DNA of 54,660 bases from Propionibacteriaceae bacterium. GTDB taxonomy: Bacteria > Actinomycetota > Actinomycetes > Propionibacteriales > Propionibacteriaceae. Where the stretch lies: contig WRFP01000001.1 in the NCBI GenBank assembly GCA_009778725.1, positions 1 to 54,660 of the forward strand, read 5' to 3'. Below, in pieces: positions 25,915-34,377 of this stretch (its first letter is position 1; each line of letters begins with the position of its first letter). The notes beneath the pieces were generated by a model. It saw only the letters and a list, made by a program, of their open reading frames with translations. It was not told where the DNA came from and made no database searches. A program made the position numbers and the translations under genes.

Positions 25915-27456
25915 ATGGATGCTCCACTAGACAGGTTGGGCAATAAGCGTTTCGTACTCCCCATCGTTGGCATCATCGGCGTGTTCTGCGTCTTGGCGCT
26001 GGTCTTGTACCCCATGCTCCACGCGGCGCCGAAGGACGTGCCCTTCGCCATCGTGAACCTGGATGAGGGGTTGACCACTCCTCAGGGCCAGGTCAATGTC
26101 GGCGACTCGGTGGTGTCGGCGATAACAACCGCCCCATCTCCGATTTCTTGGACCCAACTGGACGACCAGATGACGCTGAATCAGGCAATGGACAACAACA
26201 ACTACTACGGCGCGATCATCCTGCCGGACACCTTAACCGAGACTCAACTCGCCATTGCCAGCGGTGTCGTCACCGCTTCCCACGTCCAGTTGATCATCAA
26301 CCAGGGTAAAAATGCCACCCTGGCTTCGGCGATGCAGTCCAACCTGACTACGGCTCTGCAACAAAAGGGCCTGCTCGTCGATGTCACGGTCATCCATGCC
26401 GCGGACATCGGTGGCGGAGCCCTGGGGACCCTGCTCTTGATCCTCCCCTTGCTGATCATGATGCCGGTGGTGTCCATCATGATCTTCTTCATCCTGCGCC
26501 CGCCCAGAGGGGCTCCACGCCAAGTACGTGCGGTCACGTACGTCAAGCAACTAGTCTCGACCGTTGTCATGTCAGCTCTGGTGGCCGGAGCCGTGATCCT
26601 CATGGCAACGTGGGTCGGCAGTCTGACCATCCCCGCCGGAACGCTCTTCCTCTTCCTCTGGTTGGCCGCCTTCTGCGTCATGACCTTGTTCCTCGGCGCC
26701 TTGGACATCGCGGCGCCGCTGGGCGGTTTGGTGATCTTCGTCATCTTCGCCTGCGGGCTGTCCTCAGCCGTCCTCGCCCCCGAGATGCTGCCCTCGTTCT
26801 GGCGGACCTGGTTCTACCCCTGGGTGCCCCAACACTTCATCGGCGGTGGGGTCTCCTCGATCGTCTCCATGGGCGACGGCATGTGGAACAGTTCCAGCGG
26901 TCCGCTGGCGATCACCGCCGGTGTCGGGATCGTCCTCATGCTGGTCGCCGTCGCGATCGGCGCCGGGAGGCGCAAGCCCCAGGTGGCTGCCCCGGTCGAC
27001 CACAAATCGGCTGTTCCCCCCACCACTTTGTCACCGAGTCTGTCTGACACCACGCCACACCCTGCCGACACCACCGGACAGAATCTGGACAGTACGGAAA
27101 AATCCGCGTCCGGGGAAACGTCATCGTCGGCCGCTGATCCGGATGCTCCCAGCACAACGGAATCCGCCACGGTGGCGTCAAGCACCGATGAGACCCCGGA
27201 AAGTACCGACCAGGACGATCCGCAGGAAACCGCACCACTGAAAGACGAGCCGGATGCGCTCATGACCGCTGATCTCTCCAGCTCAGGTGATGTATCCAGC
27301 CCCACGGACAACACCGATGAGGTCCCCGGAACTGAGGAAGAACACGAGCCCGAGGTGACGCCCCCGCCCGTCGACAAACCCGATGCTTCCGACACCAGCG
27401 ACACGTTAAACCAGACGGAAAAACCCGACAGCGACCCAGAAACTACCAAAAAGTAA
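25915..27456 (+). CDS. YhgE/Pip-like or DUF3533-type polytopic membrane protein with a long acidic S/T/P/D/E-rich tail
   Basis: N-terminal TM helix, then a loop of about 150 aa (PFAIVNLDEG...), then 5-6 TM helices. The C-terminal ~155 aa are low-complexity (TESATVASSTDETPESTDQDDPQETAPLKDEPD...). Confidence 0.55.
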   Translation: MDAPLDRLGNKRFVLPIVGIIGVFCVLALVLYPMLHAAPKDVPFAIVNLDEGLTTPQGQVNVGDSVVSAITTAPSPISWTQLDDQMTLNQAMDNNNYYGAIILPDTLTETQLAIASGVVTASHVQLIINQGKNATLASAMQSNLTTALQQKGLLVDVTVIHAADIGGGALGTLLLILPLLIMMPVVSIMIFFILRPPRGAPRQVRAVTYVKQLVSTVVMSALVAGAVILMATWVGSLTIPAGTLFLFLWLAAFCVMTLFLGALDIAAPLGGLVIFVIFACGLSSAVLAPEMLPSFWRTWFYPWVPQHFIGGGVSSIVSMGDGMWNSSSGPLAITAGVGIVLMLVAVAIGAGRRKPQVAAPVDHKSAVPPTTLSPSLSDTTPHPADTTGQNLDSTEKSASGETSSSAADPDAPSTTESATVASSTDETPESTDQDDPQETAPLKDEPDALMTADLSSSGDVSSPTDNTDEVPGTEEEHEPEVTPPPVDKPDASDTSDTLNQTEKPDSDPETTKK

Positions 27457-27465
27457 CCAGACCTG

Positions 27466-28290
27466 TTACCGACCGGTGAGCCACCCGCGGGGAGCCCACC
27501 CTGACGGCATCAGTTCTCCGATGTGTTCGGGCAGGAACTCGGCCATCCGATCCGGTGTGTACGGCCCCATGTGACGGGTCGACACGTACGCTTGCATACC
27601 CGCTGCCAGCAGTCCGGCCATCTCCGCCCCCACACCCTGGGCAAGAAGGGTTCCCGCCATCCCGGCCAGGACGTCGCCCGACCCGGCCCGGGCCGGCCAC
27701 GAGGTCCCCTCCTGGGGCTGAGTCACTTTGCCCAAGGGCGTCGCCACGTACTGAATGTGTCCCTTGAGCAAGACGGTGGTCTGAAATTTCTGGGCTGCCA
27801 GGATCGCGTGCTCGACCGGTTCAGCCTCGACGGCGGACCGCTCCACGTCCAGCAGACGGGCCAACTCTCCCGCATGCGGCGTCATCAGCGATCCCTCAGG
27901 ACAACCATCCTTGGCAAACATGAGCGCCCCGGCGTCGACGACGACTGGCACATTGTCCTTGGTCACCCGTGCCCACAGTTGCTTATTCCCGGCCCGGTCC
28001 TGATCGTCCCAGCCGCTGCCTGCCACCCACGAACCGACTCGTCCCGCCCCGAAGGTCACGGAGGGAATCCGGGTCAGGATCGCCGCCTGGGCAGCGTCCG
28101 TCCCGCAATAGCGTACGAAACCGGCACCGGAGTTCACAGCACCCAAGACCGTCAGCACGGCGGCTCCCGGGAAGCGTTGAGATCCTGTCATGAGCCCGAC
28201 CACACCGCGGGCATACTTGTCGGCGTCACGTTCGAAGCGGGGCCAACTCCCGGCCAATCCCACGAAGCTGAAGAGTGATATCGGGGCCAT
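27466..28290 (-). CDS. nnrD: ADP-dependent NAD(P)H-hydrate dehydratase (YjeF C-terminal type)
   Basis: DKYARGVVGLMTGSQRFPGAAVL, VVDAGAL, TPHAGELARLL, LLKGHIQYV, AGSGDVLAGMAG. Confidence 0.85.
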   Translation of the reverse strand: MAPISLFSFVGLAGSWPRFERDADKYARGVVGLMTGSQRFPGAAVLTVLGAVNSGAGFVRYCGTDAAQAAILTRIPSVTFGAGRVGSWVAGSGWDDQDRAGNKQLWARVTKDNVPVVVDAGALMFAKDGCPEGSLMTPHAGELARLLDVERSAVEAEPVEHAILAAQKFQTTVLLKGHIQYVATPLGKVTQPQEGTSWPARAGSGDVLAGMAGTLLAQGVGAEMAGLLAAGMQAYVSTRHMGPYTPDRMAEFLPEHIGELMPSGWAPRGWLTGR

Positions 28291-28299
28291 TGCGCGAGC

Positions 28300-30144
28300 T
28301 TACTCCACGGTCACCGATTTGGCCAGGTTCCTCGGCTGGTCGACGTCGTACCCCTTGAGGGTGGCGATTTCGCACGAAAAGACCTGCAGGGGCAGGACTG
28401 CCAGGACCGGCTGGAACAAGGTGGGGACCACCGGCAGCGGGAGGAAGGTGTCGGCGAACTCTTCCGCCAGTTCGTCTCCCCGCTCGGCCAAGACGATGGT
28501 ACGGGCGCCGCGTGCTCGTACTTCTTGGATGTTGGACACCATCTTGTCGTGGAGTTGGTCCCGGCCCTGTGGGGCGACGACGACGAACACTGGAAGCCCT
28601 TCCTCAATGAGGGCGATCGGGCCGTGTTTGAGTTCTCCCGCCGCGAAACCCTCGGCATGCAGGTAGGAAATCTCCTTCAGCTTCAGGGCCCCCTCCAGAG
28701 CCACCGGGAAGCCGACGTGACGGCCGAGGAACAAGACAGTGTGTTCGGTGAGCATGTCGCGGGCCAGGGCCAGGGTCGTGTCCAGGTCGTGCAGAACCTC
28801 GTCCATCTTCGCGGGAAGGGCTTCCAGTTCGCGTACCTGGGCGACGATCTCATCGCCGAACTTGGTCCCTTTGACCTGGGCCAGGTACAAACCCAGCAAG
28901 TAACAGGCAATGAGTTGGGTTGTGAACCCTTTGGTCGACGCCACGCCGATCTCGGGCCCGGCGTGGGTGTAGATCACGGCGTCGGACTCGCGCGGGATGG
29001 TGGCGCCGTTGGTGTTGCAGATGCTGACCACCTTGGCGTGCTGTTCACGGGCGTGACGGATCGCCATCAAGGTGTCGGCGGTCTCCCCCGACTGGGAGAT
29101 CGTCACCACCATCGTGGTCCGCGTGATGATCGGGTCGCGGTACCGGAACTCGGAGGCGATCTCGACCTCCACCGGAATGCGCGTCCAGTGCTCGATGGCG
29201 TACTTGGCGATCAGTCCGGCATGATAGGCGGTCCCACAAGCGACGACGATGATCTTGTCGACGCTGCGCAACTGTGAGGTGTCGATGCGCATCTCGTCCA
29301 GGGTCAACTGTCCATCGGCGTTGATCCGCCCGAGCAGGGTGTCCGCGACGGCCTTGGGCTGCTCGAAGATTTCTTTACGCATGAACCAGTCGTAGCCACC
29401 CTTTTCTGCCGCCGACAGATCCCAGTCGATATGGTACGGCCGGGTGGTGGCGGGCGTGCCGTCGAAATTGGTCACGGTCACACTGGTCGGGGTCAACTCG
29501 ACGATCTGGTCCTGGCCCAGTTCAATGGCCTCACGGGTGTATTCGATGAAACTGGCCACATCGGAGGCGAGGAAGTTTTCGCCCTCGCCCACGCCGACCA
29601 CCAGCGGCGAACTGCGCCGGGCCGCCACCACCGTGTCAGGGGTGCCGGCGTCGATGGCCACCAGCGTGAAGGCCCCTTCGAGCCTCCCCACCGTGGCCCG
29701 CATGGCGTCCAGAAGAGACTGGCCCGAAGCCACCTCGCGCTCCAGCAGCAGGGCCACCACCTCGGTGTCCGTGTCTGAGGTGAAGGTGGCGGCTTGGTCG
29801 GCCAATTCAGCCTTCAGTGTGGCGAAGTTCTCGATGATCCCGTTGTGGACCAGTGCCACCCGTCCGGTTTGACCGAGGTGGGGGTGCGCGTTCTGATCGG
29901 TCGGGCCGCCGTGGGTCGCCCAGCGGGTGTGCCCGATGCCCTGACAGGAACTCGCCAAAGGATGAGCCTGGAGTTCGTTCTCCAGGTTGACCAGCTTGCC
30001 AGACTTCTTGCACACGTCGATCCCGTGATCGGTCACGAGAGCGATTCCAGCAGAGTCGTACCCTCTGTATTCCATCCGCTTCAGGCCTGAGATGATGACC
30101 GTCTGGGCGTCACGTTCCCCGACGTATCCGATGATTCCACACAT
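28300..30144 (-). CDS. glmS: Glutamine--fructose-6-phosphate aminotransferase
   Basis: Starts MCGIIGYVGERDA (N-terminal nucleophile Cys) and ends ...DVDQPRNLAKSVTVE. The gene encodes 614 aa. The track ORF runs 118 codons further upstream without homology. Confidence 0.95.
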   Translation of the reverse strand: MCGIIGYVGERDAQTVIISGLKRMEYRGYDSAGIALVTDHGIDVCKKSGKLVNLENELQAHPLASSCQGIGHTRWATHGGPTDQNAHPHLGQTGRVALVHNGIIENFATLKAELADQAATFTSDTDTEVVALLLEREVASGQSLLDAMRATVGRLEGAFTLVAIDAGTPDTVVAARRSSPLVVGVGEGENFLASDVASFIEYTREAIELGQDQIVELTPTSVTVTNFDGTPATTRPYHIDWDLSAAEKGGYDWFMRKEIFEQPKAVADTLLGRINADGQLTLDEMRIDTSQLRSVDKIIVVACGTAYHAGLIAKYAIEHWTRIPVEVEIASEFRYRDPIITRTTMVVTISQSGETADTLMAIRHAREQHAKVVSICNTNGATIPRESDAVIYTHAGPEIGVASTKGFTTQLIACYLLGLYLAQVKGTKFGDEIVAQVRELEALPAKMDEVLHDLDTTLALARDMLTEHTVLFLGRHVGFPVALEGALKLKEISYLHAEGFAAGELKHGPIALIEEGLPVFVVVAPQGRDQLHDKMVSNIQEVRARGARTIVLAERGDELAEEFADTFLPLPVVPTLFQPVLAVLPLQVFSCEIATLKGYDVDQPRNLAKSVTVE

Positions 30145-30460
30145 AAACACCACTGTACCCGAGGACCTGGCGCCACCCGGACAGGCACGACGCCAACCCA
30201 CAGGTGGGTCCCACCCGAACCCACCGATGTACGCTCCACAGGCCAGGCCACGAATTAGGGGCAACCCCGGATGAACCGATTCATGGCTGCTGCGCGACGC
30301 TGCGGCGGCACGCTGGCTCGTCGGGTGTCGCTCAACAGACGTCCAGTCTGCCCTCACGCCACCCGCCGACCCATCGCACCCCCACAGTGTCGCTCGCGAC
30401 GCCAGCAATCGGTGCATCCGGGGTAACAATCCTGCGGGCTCCCATGTGAAAGAATGAGGC

Positions 30461-31417
30461 GTGAGGACTTCCCAGCTGAACACGAAATCTGCCCCCACCG
30501 GAGCCTATCTGACCCTGACCAGGGACCATTGGGCGAACCTGGCTCAAGAGCGCAATCTCAGCCTGACAGCCCAGACCCTGGCCGGACTGCTGGCCATGGG
30601 AGATCCCTTGAATATGGACGGGGTACGGCAGGTCTACCTCCCCTTGACCGAACTCATCAACGTTTATATCGACAATACGTCTTCTCTGTCCGCCCAGTCC
30701 AACGCCTACCTCGCACTCGACGAACACCCCACCCCGTTCATCATCGGCATCGGAGGCTCGGTTGCGGTGGGCAAGTCCACCACCGCACGCCTACTTCGCG
30801 AATTGCTCAGTGTCAATCGGCGCGTCGACCTGGTCACCACAGACGGTTTCCTCTACCCCAACTCGGTCCTGGAAGCCAAGGGCCTGATGGAGCACAAGGG
30901 GTTCCCCGAGTCGTACGACCAGGCCGCGCTGACCCAATTCGTCATCGACGTGAAATCCGGCATACCTGAGGTGGAGTCGCCGGTGTACTCCCACATCACC
31001 TACGACATCGTCCCCGGCGAAACAATGACCATCCGCCACCCCGATGTCCTGATCATCGAAGGCCTCAACGTCCTCCAACCGCCTCGCACCCGCATGAGCG
31101 GCGAGATGGGCCCGGCGGTGTCCGACTTCTTCGACTTCTCCGTCTACGTCGACGCCCCCGAACAAGCCATCAAACAATGGTTCCTCGACCGCTTCAAGAA
31201 ACTACGCCAAACAGCGTTCACCGACCCCCAATCGTACTTCCGCCAATTCGCCCACATCCCCGACGACGAAGCTCTCGTCCTGGCCAGCGAAATCTGGGAC
31301 ACCACCAACGGCCCGAACCTGCGCTACAACATCCAGCCCACCCGCGACCGCGCCACCGTCGTCATCGGCAAAGGCCCCGACCACGACATCGAGTGGATCC
31401 GCATCCGCAAGATCTGA
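30461..31417 (+). CDS. coaA: Type I pantothenate kinase
   Basis: P-loop GIGGSVAVGKSTTARLL, YLPLTELINVYI, VLIIEGLNVLQ. GTG start. Confidence 0.9.
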   Translation: MRTSQLNTKSAPTGAYLTLTRDHWANLAQERNLSLTAQTLAGLLAMGDPLNMDGVRQVYLPLTELINVYIDNTSSLSAQSNAYLALDEHPTPFIIGIGGSVAVGKSTTARLLRELLSVNRRVDLVTTDGFLYPNSVLEAKGLMEHKGFPESYDQAALTQFVIDVKSGIPEVESPVYSHITYDIVPGETMTIRHPDVLIIEGLNVLQPPRTRMSGEMGPAVSDFFDFSVYVDAPEQAIKQWFLDRFKKLRQTAFTDPQSYFRQFAHIPDDEALVLASEIWDTTNGPNLRYNIQPTRDRATVVIGKGPDHDIEWIRIRKI

Positions 31418-31464
31418 GAGCTGACCCTTACGCGCCAGCCTCAACTTCGGGTAGGCTTGATTTC

Positions 31465-31713
31465 ATGAGTGTTGCGGTTGGGGATGTCACCGAAGCGGCG
31501 CTGGCCATGTCTGAACGACAGCGGGCCGCGCTGGCTGATGCCCTGCTAGACAGTCTGGACGGTCACATTGGCCCCCAGGCTAATGTTGATGACGCATGGA
31601 CAACGGAAATTCGTTCCCGCGTGGACGACATTGTCGCCGGGCGCGTGCAGACACTCTCTCGTGAACAGGTTGATGCTCGTGTCGCCGCCTCCTTGGCAAC
31701 GAGACGCCTTTGA
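31465..31713 (+). CDS. Addiction-module antitoxin (TIGR02574-like putative addiction module component)
   Basis: 82 aa. ...AMSERQRAALADALLDSLDG....VDDAWTTEIRSRVDDIVAGRVQTLSREQV follows the family pattern. The stop overlaps the TTG of the downstream toxin-like frame (TTGA). Confidence 0.7.
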   Translation: MSVAVGDVTEAALAMSERQRAALADALLDSLDGHIGPQANVDDAWTTEIRSRVDDIVAGRVQTLSREQVDARVAASLATRRL

Positions 31714-31886
31714 GCCTGACACTCAGATATCATCCCGAGGCTGCCGCCGAACTTGATGCCGAGGTCGTGTGGTATGAAGACCGACTGGGTGGTTTAGGCT
31801 CCCGTTTCAAGAGCAACGTCGACACTGTCTTGGATGATCTGCTGGCAATCGGTGCATTCGGGTGTAAGTGTGTTCATGACACCTGA
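31710..31886 (+). pseudogene. RelE/ParE-family toxin, truncated or decayed (58 codons)
   Basis: The TTG-initiated frame reads LSLTLRYHPEAAAELDAEVVWYEDRLGGLGSRFKSNVDTVLDDLLA, a typical ParE/RelE N-terminal half. It then ends early (..IGAFGCKCVHDT*). An out-of-frame remnant (WQSVHSGVSVFMTPDLRQVPP) follows. It is too short for the ORF track. Confidence 0.55.
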
Positions 31887-31979
31887 CTTACGCCAGGTCC
31901 CCCCATGACCAGCCCCATGGTTTACCAAAAGTGACATTTCCGATGCCTGGTGTTTGATGAAAAGATAGAATATTTCTCC

Positions 31980-32744
31980 ATGAAATGGTCTCAGAAGAAC
32001 GCCAACCACCGGATCCAGCACGTCGTAGGGATATCTGCTCTCCTCCTGGTCATCACTGTCACAGTTGCCGGATGCTCGTCGACTCCCTCCGGAGATGCGG
32101 GCCTGGTCTCGTCGGGCTCGGTCACGGCTTCGGTGACCCCTGGTCAGTCACCAACCACCCAGGATAACCAGAACACCGCAACGACAATGCCCAACCAGCA
32201 GGCAGTGGCGAATTTCGAGCAGTTGTGCCAGGAGAAGATTGGGACTGACACACATGCCACGGGAACTGTGACGATCGACCACAAAGCCTGGGGTGCGACA
32301 ACGATCGTGTCCTGTGGTCCTACAGATGTCGTACCCAGCACTGCCGAAGGCGTGCTCGCCGTCGACTCGACTGGAACAGTCACCTGGAACTCAGGCGTAC
32401 CCGCTGACGTCAACAGCCAAGAGTTCGCCCTGGCCAACCCCGCCACAGACGCAAGCGGCAACATCTTCATCACCTACAACCCGGGCCGCTACGACGGAGT
32501 CATGATCCTCCACCCGACCGACACCGGGATGGAAATCCTCGCCGGCAGCTACTACGAGGACATCGACCCCGCGGCAACGACGAGCTATCCCAACGACTTC
32601 TACCAATCACAGTTGGTCGGCCCAGGTTCCGACGGCCTCTATCAGATCGCCAAGTCCGTCAACGACTGCGTCCCCGACTGTGCCAGCGGACAAACCACCA
32701 CCCAGGTGTACGCCTGGAACGGCCAGTCGTACGAAACGAAGTGA
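31980..32744 (+). CDS. Hypothetical lipoprotein
   Basis: MKWSQKNANHRIQHVVGISALLLVITVTVAGCSSTP gives a lipobox. I recognised no family for the mature part. Confidence 0.6.
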   Translation: MKWSQKNANHRIQHVVGISALLLVITVTVAGCSSTPSGDAGLVSSGSVTASVTPGQSPTTQDNQNTATTMPNQQAVANFEQLCQEKIGTDTHATGTVTIDHKAWGATTIVSCGPTDVVPSTAEGVLAVDSTGTVTWNSGVPADVNSQEFALANPATDASGNIFITYNPGRYDGVMILHPTDTGMEILAGSYYEDIDPAATTSYPNDFYQSQLVGPGSDGLYQIAKSVNDCVPDCASGQTTTQVYAWNGQSYETK

Positions 32745-32898
32745 TCGACGCTCACACCCTGATCTGATGAACCTGTCTTCCTGGCAACACTGATCGCCAA
32801 GTCCTAGACGTAAATCAAGGCACTCAAGAATTCGATAGTAGCGGCTGGGAACTCACGTGGCTAGGATGTGGTAAAACCACGAGGCAAGGAGGCCAATC

Positions 32899-34023
32899 AT
32901 GGTCCATTCTGTTCCGCGCATTCTTAGTTTTGTGTGCTCTGGTGCACTGGTTGTGGGATGTCTTTCCATTCCAGTTCTTGCGCAAGCCGACGAGACCAAT
33001 ATCGTTCCCGATGCGGCCCTGCGTCAGTGCCTTGCCACCGCGATGCACACTGCGGGAACGGGAGCTTCCCCGGGGTCACCAGAATATGCAACAGAGGCTG
33101 ACTCTATTTCCCAAGCTGACCTCGATGCCCTCGCAGCCGCAACCACATGGCCCTACGGGATCAGTTGCACAGGTGTGGCTTCATTGGAGGGTTTGCAGTA
33201 TCTTCATGATCCAGAGCTGATGTACTTACGAATACCCACCACAGGAGTCTTCATTCCCCCAGTGGCGTCGCAGGTCACACTTACTTCGGACGACCCGAAT
33301 ATCGTTCAACAGGATGATTCCTATCGAACAACCCCAGTTGAGGAGTGGCCTGAACCGTACTGGACCAACAAGGATGTGACCGTGACTGCCACCAGTACGG
33401 ATCCAGCGGCTGCCATCCGCTACACATCGGTTTTCCCATATACCGATGTCGTGGACCCGCAATCCGCATCCGTCGAAAACTACTTCACAGGGCCTCTGAC
33501 CTTTTCAACTGAAGGTGTACGTCTTATAACTGCCTGGGCAACATCCTGCGATTGCGCCCTTGATGTTTTGTCGCCTGCTTCCATGCTTGTTGCCATCGAC
33601 AAGACACCCCCAACAGTTGATTCTATGCAGGTCGACGGAGGTTTCACCCTTGTCGCACATGACAATCTGTCAGGTGTCGCATCCGTAGAATACATCGGTA
33701 GTGAAAATGGCCCATCAGACTGGACACCATACACCAGCCAAGTCCTCGCCCTGAAAGGAATTGGCGGAACATTCGGGTATCGTGCAACTGACAAAGCTGG
33801 CAATGTCTTCACTTCACCCATCGTCCTTTACGACAATGGAGATCTCTACGTTCCGGGTAATCCTGACTCTGATTCCAACGCATCAGGACCATCTGCCATC
33901 CCCAGTGGAGGCTCAGTGGCTGATCCGACGCATGGATCTGCACTAGCTGCAGCCCTCGGATTGCTGATCATCCTGGGGAGTGGGGCTGCTTTCTTCACTC
34001 GTCGCAACTTACAACACCCGTGA
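32899..34023 (+). CDS. Secreted cell-surface protein with Ig-like/OmpL47-type repeats and a C-terminal TM anchor
   Basis: AAGGAGG RBS. The signal peptide ends PVLAQA-DE. DKTPPTVDS....DNLSGVASVEY...W..Y....YRATDKAGNV resembles an Ig-like surface module. The C-terminus reads ALAAALGLLIILGSGAAFFTRRN, with no LPXTG or LAXTG. Confidence 0.65.
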   Translation: MVHSVPRILSFVCSGALVVGCLSIPVLAQADETNIVPDAALRQCLATAMHTAGTGASPGSPEYATEADSISQADLDALAAATTWPYGISCTGVASLEGLQYLHDPELMYLRIPTTGVFIPPVASQVTLTSDDPNIVQQDDSYRTTPVEEWPEPYWTNKDVTVTATSTDPAAAIRYTSVFPYTDVVDPQSASVENYFTGPLTFSTEGVRLITAWATSCDCALDVLSPASMLVAIDKTPPTVDSMQVDGGFTLVAHDNLSGVASVEYIGSENGPSDWTPYTSQVLALKGIGGTFGYRATDKAGNVFTSPIVLYDNGDLYVPGNPDSDSNASGPSAIPSGGSVADPTHGSALAAALGLLIILGSGAAFFTRRNLQHP

Positions 34024-34377
34024 TCTGAACAAGTAATACTGACACTATTGACACTAGTCAGCCCCAGATACCAGCATCACCCAGGGTGTCGTGAGGTGCC
34101 GCACGGTCGGATCCTCAACTCTCTGTCATAATGAGGGCTATTGCCAGTTCCAGTGAAGACGCGAAATCTGTGGGAGGTGATTGGTCGTCCGCGGTCATTG
34201 TACTTCTGTGTTGTGCGACGGCCATTCTTAGTGGCACCGATGCCCTCTTGTCTGTCCGGTATAAGCCCACTACTGCACCGGTATAAGGAGCTACCCTAGA
34301 CTGACTCTGTTGCCCTTGCCACCGATGACAACAAGTGGCTCACATGTCATCCACAAGGGTTACGGAGAGGATCACAG

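Noticed and set aside
30145-30498. 118-codon N-terminal extension of the glmS ORF, and the possibility of a glmS ribozyme in the 316-nt leader.
   Set aside because: GlmS must begin with Met-Cys (MCGIIGY at 30144). The extension has no homology. Reading the minus-strand leader, I did not recognise the conserved glmS ribozyme core. The only notable element is a GGTGGGTCCCACC palindrome at about 30203-30215. A covariance-model scan (Rfam RF00234) would be the decisive check.
31794-32021. 75-aa minus-strand ORF spanning the toxin relic and the lipoprotein gene start.
   Set aside because: It overlaps better-supported plus-strand features and has no motifs. It also crosses the GC break, which argues against a conserved gene.
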